Shown here: positions 37,526 to 45,085 of the stretch, piece by piece
How positions within the stretch are numbered: position 1 is the first letter of the stretch
Layout of the letters: every line of letters begins with the position of its first letter
Virus record (IMG/VR): IMGVR_UViG_3300043399_000721
Coordinates: 1-53,592 of that record
Source of the DNA: a virus
Taxonomy: Duplodnaviria > Caudoviricetes
Direction: 5' to 3' (one strand)
DNA: 53,592 nucleotides
The notes under the pieces: generated by a model
Databases searched by the model: none
Told to the model about the DNA's origin: nothing
What the model saw: the letters and a program-made list of their open reading frames with translations, nothing else
Made by a program: the position numbers and the translations under genes

Positions 37526-37828
37526 ATGAGAAGACTTCCTAAATTCGTTCACATTTTAGGCCGCAAAATTCCAGTTCGATTAGTTTCCAAGGCGGAACTT
37601 GATAAACTTTATCAGGGTGCGGGTGCGCTCTTTGATGCTGAGAAGAGATTGATCATGATCGACAAGGATGCCCCGATTGAGATACAGCGAATGTACCTCT
37701 TCCATGAAATGCACCATGCGATGCACTCGATCGTTGGGCTTGATCAGTTTATTCCCGGGGAGATTCTGGAAATACTCTGTCAGTCAGGAGCTTCCTTTCT
37801 GGAAGACTTCGAGAAGCACTTCCGGTGA
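37526..37828 (+). CDS. HExxH metallopeptidase-like protein (ImmA/IrrE-like)
   Basis: YLFHEMHHA...EILC. Confidence 0.7.
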   Translation: MRRLPKFVHILGRKIPVRLVSKAELDKLYQGAGALFDAEKRLIMIDKDAPIEIQRMYLFHEMHHAMHSIVGLDQFIPGEILEILCQSGASFLEDFEKHFR

Positions 37829-38064
37829 ACGGCAAGGTTCTCTTTATCAACACGCTTTACTTCCCGGATACCGAGGAAAGGGTACGCCTTCAAAAGCTGC
37901 AGGATCGGCTGAATAGCGCACGAATCGAGCTTACGTTTGCAACCCGTAACTATCCTCCGGGAGAACGCTTTCTCGCCTTTCAGCGTTATCACAATGGGTT
38001 CAGATATAAATGGCTAATTTATAACGGATTTAAAAAGAAAGATGAAAATTTAGATTCCCTATAG
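37825..38064 (+). CDS. Hypothetical protein
   Basis: 79 aa, GTGA-coupled. Confidence 0.5.
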   Translation: MNGKVLFINTLYFPDTEERVRLQKLQDRLNSARIELTFATRNYPPGERFLAFQRYHNGFRYKWLIYNGFKKKDENLDSL

Positions 38065-38119
38065 GAGATCAATAAAGATAAGTTTTCCTTCACAGCAATT
38101 TACTACAGGAGGAAAACAA

Positions 38120-38410
38120 ATGATTCGTAAATCAACTCACCTTGCCAAGTTCATGAAGGACAAGCGCGAAGCACTCGGACTCTCTCAGAAGCAACTTTCA
38201 GTTTCGATGGGATTCTCAAAAAACGGCGGTCCTCAGTATATCTCCAACACTGAGCGCGGAACTTGTCAGTTCCCGATCAAACACCTCCCGAAACTTTCCG
38301 CTGCACTCAGCACCGACCTTGATGAACTCAAGAAACTCATCGTGTCGGATTACGAGCTTTTTATTTCTCAAGCAATCGAGAAAAAAAATGAAGACACAAC
38401 AATCGCTTAG
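38120..38410 (+). CDS. XRE-family HTH transcriptional regulator
   Basis: KREALGLSQKQL...QYISNTERG; AGGAGG RBS. Confidence 0.88.
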   Translation: MIRKSTHLAKFMKDKREALGLSQKQLSVSMGFSKNGGPQYISNTERGTCQFPIKHLPKLSAALSTDLDELKKLIVSDYELFISQAIEKKNEDTTIA

Positions 38411-38753
38411 CACTCCTGAACTCTGGGTGACAGAGCGCGGGGAAGTGTATCTCAACAACGAGAAGAAAATAAACATCGTGGTCTTTCACGACTACGGGAT
38501 TCGCGGCCCAATCGTGAACTTCCGCAAAGGAAAGTCGGTGAGACAAGTATCAGTCTACCGCATGATGTATGAGGTGTTTGTTCTCGGAAGAAGACTCTCC
38601 CGGAGCGAGCATATCGAACCGATTGACGGGAACGATGGTAACTGTGAGATCACAAATCTCAGACTGAATCACGTTCGTTTCTCGGATCGCATCCGGGCAA
38701 CTAACGAAGAATCTTACTTTACATGGATGGGTATTGATGAAGTCTACTGTTAG
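38388..38753 (+). CDS. Degenerate HNH-endonuclease-like protein
   Basis: VYRMMYEVF...PIDGNDGNCEITNL; the catalytic His appears lost. Confidence 0.55.
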   Translation: MKTQQSLSTPELWVTERGEVYLNNEKKINIVVFHDYGIRGPIVNFRKGKSVRQVSVYRMMYEVFVLGRRLSRSEHIEPIDGNDGNCEITNLRLNHVRFSDRIRATNEESYFTWMGIDEVYC

Positions 38754-38934
38754 GCGAGCAGAGATGATTAGAATGGCATTAGCTTCATTAATGAAAGACT
38801 TGGGTGAGGAAGAGAAGCTCGACTTCCTCACTGAGGTTTTTCTGATCACAGAGGATATTCGGCACGAACTGTGTTATCCCGAGGAAGAGCTAACGGAAGA
38901 ACCCGAGGAATATTCTGGGTGTTGGGTTCTTTAA
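38734..38934 (+). CDS. Hypothetical acidic protein whose 3' end lies inside repeat copy 2
   Basis: Last codons (EEYSGCWVL-stop) are encoded by the first 30 bp of the repeat. Confidence 0.55.
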   Translation: MMKSTVRRAEMIRMALASLMKDLGEEEKLDFLTEVFLITEDIRHELCYPEEELTEEPEEYSGCWVL

Positions 38935-38952
38935 AGACCGATAAATAAATTT

Positions 38953-39675
38953 ATGAGGCACGAGATGGAGCATTGCAGTTGCTACGAGTATGGGTTTAAT
39001 CTGTCACACATGGAGGCTAATCATGTTTCATGCGCTGACTGTGGTCGAATTGTTTACCGCAAATTGAACGCACTCTTTGTTGAGAAAGAAGGGGTTTATT
39101 CAAACCTCCCAATGGTTGAAGCATGGGACATTGAAAGAAACGCAATGAATTGCAGGAATGAACTTCCCGCTGTTGCTCATCCCCCTTGTGAAAGATGGGG
39201 GCGGTACTGGTTCGGTGGCCCATCGGTAAAAGAACGGAAGAAACTTGGAGATGATGCCGGATGTTTTGCTTTTGCTCTCTGGTACGTTCGCACCTATGGC
39301 GGAATTTTAGAGCATCCTGAAGCGTCTCATGCGTTTAAGTTTTTCGGTCTTCCGTTACCAGAAAGAAAAGGTGGATGGAGCTCGCCGGATATTTATGGCG
39401 GCCGTTCTTGTTGTGTTGAACAGGGGCACTATGGGCACCCGGCAAGAAAAGCTACTTGGCTTTATGCCGTGAAGACAGATTACCCGGACCTAATTTGGGG
39501 GCCATGCGAAGGAAAGATGAGAATGGACGAAGGTTTTCACTCAAAGGAGCAGGCCAAGGAAATGAGAGCTCGCCCTGACTATGTTCCGGTTAAAAGATTA
39601 TCGGCATACGAGAGACTGGCAACACCAGTCGATTTCAGAGACTTACTAATTAATATTGCAAGAACGGCAAGGTAA
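38953..39675 (+). CDS. Divergent C5 methyltransferase-like protein, copy 2
   Basis: Identical translation to 3540-4262. Confidence 0.6.
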   Translation: MRHEMEHCSCYEYGFNLSHMEANHVSCADCGRIVYRKLNALFVEKEGVYSNLPMVEAWDIERNAMNCRNELPAVAHPPCERWGRYWFGGPSVKERKKLGDDAGCFAFALWYVRTYGGILEHPEASHAFKFFGLPLPERKGGWSSPDIYGGRSCCVEQGHYGHPARKATWLYAVKTDYPDLIWGPCEGKMRMDEGFHSKEQAKEMRARPDYVPVKRLSAYERLATPVDFRDLLINIARTAR

Positions 39676-39744
39676 ATAATCTTAGGTAACTATCCCTTGA
39701 CGACAAGTAGGAATTAGTTTATACTGATTACAGAGAGGTAGAGT

Positions 39745-40557
39745 ATGCGAATTTTAAGTCTTTTTGATGGAATATCTTGTGGGCAAATAGCCTTAAACAA
39801 AGCCGGAATTTCAAATTATGACTATCTGGCTTCGGAAATAAATCCTTATGCTATTAAAGTTACACAGCATAATTTTCCAAAAACTATACAGCTTGGAGAT
39901 GTAACCAAGATTAAAGGGACGGAATTAGGTAAAGTTGATTTATTGATTGGTGGAAGTCCTTGCCAAGGGTTTAGCTTTGCTGGGAATCAACTTAACTTTG
40001 AGGACGAAAGGTCTAAATTATTCTTTGAATACGTTCGACTTCTTGAGGAGACAAGCCCTAAATATTTTCTTTTAGAGAATGTTAAAATGATTAGGGAGAG
40101 CGAAGACATAATAACTAAAATGTTGGGCGTTAAGCCTATTAAAATAAATAGTTCTCTTGTATCTGCACAAAACAGAGAGAGGCTGTATTGGACTAACTTA
40201 CCCCATCCTACAATTCAGGACAGAGGATTGGTTTTAAAGGATGTTTACGAACCTATTTCTGGCACCCCGTTAAGTGATACAACCGCTTCCAGACCTAGAA
40301 CTATTCGTAATTATAGGGGGTTAAATCAAAAATCTTCTTGTCTCTTGGCTACTATGTATAAGCTCAGTCAGAGTAATGGAATGACGGTCATTCAAGACAA
40401 TGGAAAGTTACGCTGTATTACCCCCTTAGAGTGTGAAAGACTTCAAACCGTTCCTGATAACTATACTTCAATACTATCCAATACTAGAAGATACGAAGTG
40501 TTAGGTAATGGTTGGACAGTTGACGTTATAGTTGAATTTTTTAAGGGGTTGGCATGA
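39745..40557 (+). CDS. dcm: DNA (cytosine-5) methyltransferase, copy 2
   Basis: Identical translation to 4332-5144. Confidence 0.95.
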   Translation: MRILSLFDGISCGQIALNKAGISNYDYLASEINPYAIKVTQHNFPKTIQLGDVTKIKGTELGKVDLLIGGSPCQGFSFAGNQLNFEDERSKLFFEYVRLLEETSPKYFLLENVKMIRESEDIITKMLGVKPIKINSSLVSAQNRERLYWTNLPHPTIQDRGLVLKDVYEPISGTPLSDTTASRPRTIRNYRGLNQKSSCLLATMYKLSQSNGMTVIQDNGKLRCITPLECERLQTVPDNYTSILSNTRRYEVLGNGWTVDVIVEFFKGLA

Positions 40558-41435
40558 GGTACACTATCAAAAATTTCATCAAAGACTTTCCAGACGATAA
40601 GACTTGCCTAGCCTTCATCTTTAAAAACCGTTACCCAAATGGACTAACTTGCCCTAAATGTGAAAAGACTTCATTTCATCCGGTCGAAGGTCGTAAGTCC
40701 TATGCTTGTTCATGCGGTTATCAAACCTATCCGACTGAAGGAACTATCTTTCATAAATCACCTACGCCATTAACTCTTTGGTTTCATGCTATTTTCCTCA
40801 TGTCTCAATCCAAAAATGGGGTAGCCGCTAAGGAATTAGAAAGACAGCTTGGAGTCACATATAAAACGGCTTGGAGAATGGCGAAACAAATTCGGATGCT
40901 TATGGGACAAAATCCAGACCCATTAGGCGGTAATGAAATCATTGAAGCCGATGAAGCGTATATTGGCGGTGTTCGCAAGGGTAAACGAGGGAGAGGTGCC
41001 GCTGGTAAAACTCCTGTATTTGGAGTTGTTGAAAGGCAAGGTGAAATCAAAACTCAAGTAGTTAAAGACGTTAGGCAAGCGACAATTATTCCATTGTTTT
41101 CAAACATGGTGCCAGCACAAGCCGTTATTGTTACGGATGAATCAAGCATCTATAACAAGGTAACTAAACTAGGGCATTTGCACGAAACTATTAACCATGG
41201 AAACGGTCAGTACGGTCGAGGAGATGTTCACACCAATACTATTGAAGGCTTTTGGTCACAGTTTAAGCGTTCGGTTCACGGGACTTTCCACGCTGTTTCA
41301 CCGAAGTATTTGCAGTCTTACCTTGACGAGTTTTCTTTTCGCTACAACCATCGGAAGTCTTCGCAGTCTTTGCCTGTTTTGATGTTTTCAAGGGTTGGGA
41401 CGCTTTTACCAAAAGACGAAAAAATTGCTTCATAA
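40554..41435 (+). CDS. IS1595-family transposase, copy 2
   Basis: Identical translation to 5141-6022. Confidence 0.95.
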   Translation: MRYTIKNFIKDFPDDKTCLAFIFKNRYPNGLTCPKCEKTSFHPVEGRKSYACSCGYQTYPTEGTIFHKSPTPLTLWFHAIFLMSQSKNGVAAKELERQLGVTYKTAWRMAKQIRMLMGQNPDPLGGNEIIEADEAYIGGVRKGKRGRGAAGKTPVFGVVERQGEIKTQVVKDVRQATIIPLFSNMVPAQAVIVTDESSIYNKVTKLGHLHETINHGNGQYGRGDVHTNTIEGFWSQFKRSVHGTFHAVSPKYLQSYLDEFSFRYNHRKSSQSLPVLMFSRVGTLLPKDEKIAS

Positions 41436-41490
41436 GGATTTTTAATATGAATACGAAGGATGGTCAACTTGTCACTAAGGGATACTTACC

Positions 41491-41498
41491 AAAATTAA
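41491..41498. repeat. Right copy of 8-bp target-site duplication AAAATTAA
   Basis: Abuts the IS right end; identical to 3484-3491. Confidence 0.8.
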
Positions 41499-41512
41499 AC
41501 ATGGAGACCATT

Positions 41513-41887
41513 ATGAAACTTATTCTCATCGCCTTTGTTTTCGCCATTATGACTCTCTCATTTTCTCGGGCATCCTGTGACATTGAGACACTTAAAAAAG
41601 ACGCCCTGGTGCCATTTTCCATGCCCATGAAGGTTGATGGCTATTTCACGGGGACAGGGATCGCTACCTTTACCGATGTTATCTACCCGGACTACCCAGT
41701 AACGATCAAGGATGAGAGCTATCTCATTTTGGTTATGAAGGTGGACATCAAGTTTCCTCACGAGGAGAAACCCCTCAAGAGAAAATTCATGACGATCCGT
41801 CCAGTGGACATGGCATCCTGCACTCTGGGGCAATTTGAAATGGGTGATGTTTTTGGAAGCTCAGTAAGTGAAGAGAAATTGCCATAA
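41513..41887 (+). CDS. Secreted hypothetical protein (outer virus)
   Basis: GGAG RBS, then MKLILIAFVFAIMTLSFSRA signal peptide; two Cys. Confidence 0.7.
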   Translation: MKLILIAFVFAIMTLSFSRASCDIETLKKDALVPFSMPMKVDGYFTGTGIATFTDVIYPDYPVTIKDESYLILVMKVDIKFPHEEKPLKRKFMTIRPVDMASCTLGQFEMGDVFGSSVSEEKLP

Positions 41888-41897
41888 TTGATCATAC

Positions 41898-41972
41898 AGG
41901 GGTGTCGGCAAGTGGTAAGCCAACTGATTTTGATTCAGTCATACGCAGGTTCGATCCCTGCCTCCCCTACCA
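41898..41972 (+). tRNA. trnQ: tRNA-Gln(TTG)
   Basis: Acceptor AGGGGTG/CTCCCCT, D arm GGC-AAGTGGTAA-GCC, anticodon arm ACTGA-TTTTGAT-TCAGT, T arm GCAGG-TTCGATC-CCTGC, encoded CCA. Confidence 0.93.
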
Positions 41973-41991
41973 TTTAAAAAGGAGTAGAACC

Positions 41992-42153
41992 ATGAGAACA
42001 AGTGACATCATTCTTGTCATAATTTTATTTTTTGTCGCCTGTACGCTAGTCAAGGAGTCAAACGAAGACGTTTATGACTGCGATAGGGCCGGAGGAGTTC
42101 TTTCAAGAGGCGTCTGCATCAAGAAAGAGTCAATTATTAAAAATAGGGAGTAG
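41992..42153 (+). CDS. Small membrane protein/lipoprotein
   Basis: AAGGAG RBS; MRTSDIILVIILFFVAC. Confidence 0.65.
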   Translation: MRTSDIILVIILFFVACTLVKESNEDVYDCDRAGGVLSRGVCIKKESIIKNRE

Positions 42154-42155
42154 AT

Positions 42156-42368
42156 ATGAATCGAGAACTGGAAGGCGGTCATTATTTATCCCCAGACGGG
42201 TCAAAGATCGTTGAAATACGAAAAATCCGCGAGGGTCAGGATTACAAGTTTCAGCATAGATACATGTTCAATGCCGGATTTCTTCAAAGGGCCGAGTCAG
42301 AAGCTTGGATAAGACGGAATTTACGGGGCTGGATACGTTTAGATACTAAATCGGGAAAGCGAAGATAA
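42156..42368 (+). CDS. Hypothetical protein
   Basis: 70 aa, GGGAG RBS. Confidence 0.6.
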   Translation: MNRELEGGHYLSPDGSKIVEIRKIREGQDYKFQHRYMFNAGFLQRAESEAWIRRNLRGWIRLDTKSGKRR

Positions 42369-42369
42369 A

Positions 42370-42430
42370 GCATCCTTCGGATGCCAAAGGCGGATTCTCC
42401 GCCCAAAGAAGCCTCTCCGAGGCTTCCAAT
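42370..42430. repeat. Left triple-hairpin array with CAAA linkers
   Basis: GCATCC-TTC-GGATGC CAAA GGCGGA-TTC-TCCGCC CAAA GAAGCCTC-TCC-GAGGCTTC CAAT. Confidence 0.9.
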
Positions 42431-42444
42431 TCAGGAGAAATGAT

Positions 42445-42798
42445 ATGAAAGAGTTTAGCTCGCAAGTCTTTAAAGATTCAGTGAATTTGTCACAAACAAT
42501 CCTGAGAATGGTAGGAGCAATGGACAATACGCTAAAGTTTACGATTGGGCAGCAGATGATCCGTTCATCAGTATCAATCCCTTCTAATATATCAGAAGGA
42601 TTCGGAAGAAACTCGGATGCTCAAATATTAAACTTTCTCAATATTGCTCACGGCTCATGCTGTGAACTAATTTCTCAAATCATGATTATTGATGGCATGA
42701 TTATCGGAGATTCAACATTTGTTGCGGAAGAACTTATGAAAGATACTTTATCAATAAAAGATCAATTAAGGAGACTTTGTGTTCACTACAAGAAATAA
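42445..42798 (+). CDS. Four-helix-bundle protein (23S rRNA intervening-sequence protein family; Avd-like fold)
   Basis: QMIRSSVSIPSNISEGFGR...FLNIAHGSCCELISQ family signature; AGGAG RBS. Confidence 0.92.
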   Translation: MKEFSSQVFKDSVNLSQTILRMVGAMDNTLKFTIGQQMIRSSVSIPSNISEGFGRNSDAQILNFLNIAHGSCCELISQIMIIDGMIIGDSTFVAEELMKDTLSIKDQLRRLCVHYKK

Positions 42799-42810
42799 CT
42801 GTTATAATGG

Positions 42811-42865
42811 CTTGGCGGGCGCCGCCCGCTTTGGCGCCAAAGGCGCTTTGGACTCCGAAGGAGTC
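42811..42865. repeat. Right triple-hairpin array with TTTG linkers
   Basis: CTTG GCGGGC-GCC-GCCCGC TTTG GCGCC-AAA-GGCGC TTTG GACTCC-GAA-GGAGTC. Confidence 0.9.
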
Positions 42866-42869
42866 TTCT

Positions 42870-43283
42870 ATGAGTGAACAAGGGGTATTCCGCATGAACA
42901 ATTCAGAATTATTTGATCAGTTTTTTAAAAAGTTTATTGAAGAAAAATTTCCTGGGGTTGATCTTCAGGCACCAGGCCTGAAGCAAATGAAAGAATTTCT
43001 TCGCTTTGGATTTAAAGGTGCTTGTATCTTTAAGGACGATGAAGTGAAGGCCCTTAAAGAGGAAATCTCTCGTTTAGAAGTATCCGTGCATAATGAGCAG
43101 ACAAAGCTCATTGAAATGGAAGCTCAATATTGCAAAGACAAAGCACTTCTCATTAAAGGTCTCAAGTTTTACGCTGGCCAGAAGGGTCATGGTGCTTTTG
43201 AGCAAGATGGCTCCAAGAAGAGGGCGCTGGGTGAGTATGCTTCAACGATCTTGAAGAAGGTTGATGCTGGAGAGGATGCTTAA
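42870..43283 (+). CDS. Hypothetical coiled-coil phage protein
   Basis: Start at 42870 or 42894; LIKGLKFYA...D...GEYASTIL C-terminal motif. Confidence 0.6.
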   Translation: MSEQGVFRMNNSELFDQFFKKFIEEKFPGVDLQAPGLKQMKEFLRFGFKGACIFKDDEVKALKEEISRLEVSVHNEQTKLIEMEAQYCKDKALLIKGLKFYAGQKGHGAFEQDGSKKRALGEYASTILKKVDAGEDA

Positions 43284-43289
43284 TCAAGG

Positions 43290-43505
43290 TTAAGCGGATT
43301 TCTTAATGTTCAGATAAAAGTTTGTAGCATTGTTAGCAATAACGAGAACCCCTGAAAGAAGTAAAGCTGATTTCAGGGGTTTTTCATTTGTGCGCATGGA
43401 AGCATAGATAAGTAATGGCCCTAGAAAGAGGACATCAACGACTCGAAGAAATTGAGACTTCTGAATTTCGGTTAAGTTTGAGTTATTATCTATTTCTCGA
43501 AACAT
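43290..43505 (-). CDS. Small two-TM viral membrane protein
   Basis: QFLRVVDVLFLGPLLIY...IANNATNFY. Confidence 0.65.
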   Translation of the reverse strand: MFREIDNNSNLTEIQKSQFLRVVDVLFLGPLLIYASMRTNEKPLKSALLLSGVLVIANNATNFYLNIKKSA

Positions 43506-43511
43506 CTTCCC

Positions 43512-44156
43512 TCACTTCTTTTTTCTCGCCTTCTTGGTCGCTTTTCTGGCCGCTGCTGCGGCCTTTTTAGTATTCTTCACCCACTTGCCCATCTTGCCTT
43601 TTTTCTTCTTTCTTGTGGCCTCTTCTTCTTCTGGGTCGAGTTCTTCCCACGCTTCTTCTGGGAGGTAGCGATCTTTCTTTTTGCTGCCTGGGGCGTACTG
43701 CCACTTTGCCCTGGTCCATGTCGCCAGATCGTTATCAGCTCTCTTTGGCCCTAGATACTCTCCACCGCGATCCTTGTAGAGCTTTACTGCATATTGCATG
43801 GCCCTTGCGCTATGGCCACCCATTTTCTTAACAGCGTCTTTTTTTACTTTTTCCCAGAGCTTTTCGTCAGTACGAGTAGCAACCTTGCGAGGATTCTCTT
43901 TATGGATACGTGCCAGCTTGGAATAATAACGAGGGTCTTCGGCAAGATGATCCAAGGCGATCTCTTCTGCGATGTCCTCATCGTCAGTATGCTCCATCTC
44001 GACCTTGAGCCCTTTTTTGAATTCCTCCGGATCAACATCATCCGGATCAAGATCATCCCCCAGGCCACCAAGAAGTTTCTGATCACCTCGAAAAACAAAA
44101 TATCCTAAAGTGAGACCGAGTGAGACGAGAAGAATATTTTTAAGGACAGAATTCAT
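43512..44156 (-). CDS. Membrane-anchored basic protein with DUF5661-like and DUF5872-like segments
   Basis: N-terminal TM; GLKVEMEHT...IALDHLAEDPRYYSKL; LWEKVK...SARAMQYAVKLYKDRGGEY. Family names recalled, not searched. Confidence 0.7.
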   Translation of the reverse strand: MNSVLKNILLVSLGLTLGYFVFRGDQKLLGGLGDDLDPDDVDPEEFKKGLKVEMEHTDDEDIAEEIALDHLAEDPRYYSKLARIHKENPRKVATRTDEKLWEKVKKDAVKKMGGHSARAMQYAVKLYKDRGGEYLGPKRADNDLATWTRAKWQYAPGSKKKDRYLPEEAWEELDPEEEEATRKKKKGKMGKWVKNTKKAAAAARKATKKARKKK

Positions 44157-44689
44157 GCGATTCCTTTTGCCTTAATTATACCAAAAGAATCCACCGACAC
44201 CTCGTCTGCATGAAGAACTTTTTTCCCGTCGGTTGTAATAAACTGACTGGTCTTATAAGGATCGTAAGTCAGGAGTTTCCCGGAAATAGTGGACTTGGTA
44301 TCCACCAGCTCTCCCTCGATATAGGCATGGACGTTTTTTCTTCTGTCTTCTAAGACTTTCTTTCTCCCTCCCTGGTTCACCCGAAACCTGGCGTTTCTCA
44401 AACGAACTTTGTTTGGATGCGAGGTGATGCGCCAGCCCTTCTCCGTCTTTTCCTGCGCAGAAAAGGTGCCTGTGTTTACATTTCTGTAAACTCGGACGAG
44501 CTTCAGAGCCTTCTTCACCCTAGAAGGAGGGGATTTCTTCTTCTTCTTTGCCTTCCTAGAGCGTTTTCTGGCCGGAGATGGGTTGGGTGCAAGGGTAATG
44601 TCTCGAGAGCTATTATCGCCCGATACAAGGTACATAACAGCGCCAAGACCAAGAAGAATAAAGATGAGTTTAAAAGACTTCGCTTCCAT
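44153..44689 (-). CDS. Membrane-anchored basic phage protein
   Basis: N-terminal TM, NP motif, Lys/Arg linker, then VRVYRN...RRKNVHAYIEG domain. Confidence 0.7.
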   Translation of the reverse strand: MEAKSFKLIFILLGLGAVMYLVSGDNSSRDITLAPNPSPARKRSRKAKKKKKSPPSRVKKALKLVRVYRNVNTGTFSAQEKTEKGWRITSHPNKVRLRNARFRVNQGGRKKVLEDRRKNVHAYIEGELVDTKSTISGKLLTYDPYKTSQFITTDGKKVLHADEVSVDSFGIIKAKGIA

Positions 44690-44754
44690 AATCCCATGAT
44701 CTCATAAATTCGAGAGAGGAACTGGGAAAAATAAAGATTACCCGACTTTAGTTA

Positions 44755-45073
44755 TCACTTTAGAAGCTCTTTCACCTTATTAAGAAAGACTTCAAACTCA
44801 TTCAATTCTGGGCGTAAATGCTTGATCAATTTTTTCAAATCATTTATTCGATAAGTTTTAGACTTTGGATCAGCAATAACAAAAGGCTCAAACCCTCCCG
44901 ATAACTTACTCAATGTGGGGTAGATATATGAACTCGGGAGAGATACATTGAAATTTCTTATTACCCAAAGATCAATGTCTTTTCCCGAGCACGGACCTAA
45001 TTCTGCTAATGGCCACTAAAAACAATAACTCACCATACTGTCTTACGGCCTTTTTTGTGCTGAAAAAAATCAT
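44755..45073 (-). pseudogene. Frameshifted PadR-like winged-helix regulator
   Basis: GAGGAG RBS. MIFFSTKKAVRQYGELLFLVAI joins AELGPCSGKDI...SSYIYPTLSKL...VKELLK if one base near 45007 is removed. Confidence 0.6.
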
Positions 45074-45085
45074 ACATGCTCCTCT

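Larger units (their letters stand above)
3492..41490. mobile_element. Inserted tailed phage genome (35,413-bp unit plus one extra 2,586-bp repeat), cointegrate-like
   Basis: Full packaging, head, tail and lysis gene set between long direct repeats; 8-bp duplication outside; no integrase seen. Confidence 0.8.
38905..41490 (+). repeat. 2,586-bp direct repeat, copy 2
   Basis: Same sequence as 3492-6077. Confidence 0.97.
39685..41490 (+). mobile_element. IS1595-family element, copy 2
   Basis: Same inverted repeats and genes as 4272-6077. Confidence 0.9.

Noticed and set aside
3492-41490. Long repeats as phage direct terminal repeats or attL/attR
   Set aside because: The repeat ends exactly at an IS inverted repeat, is flanked by an 8-bp duplication, is far longer than an att core, and no integrase is present.
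41447-41512. ORF starting inside the IS end (MNTKDGQ..., also 6034-6249)
   Set aside because: Probably a chance read-out. The native start at 41513 has an RBS and a signal peptide.
41898-41972. tRNA-Gln as the integration site
   Set aside because: It lies about 400 bp outside the junction, and no duplicated tRNA 3' end was seen at the left junction.
42445-42798. Avd of a diversity-generating retroelement
   Set aside because: No reverse transcriptase or TR/VR pair seen in the window, and the motif fits the 23S-IVP-type family. An RT outside the window cannot be excluded.
42370-42865. Hairpin arrays as a CRISPR array or ordinary terminators
   Set aside because: No repeated sequence with spacers, no U-tracts, and the flanking genes are co-oriented.
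44990-45040. TAG read-through or alternative genetic code
   Set aside because: TAG ends normal genes in both genomes (for example capsid and terL), the tRNA anticodon is TTG rather than CTA, and a frameshift gives a better protein.
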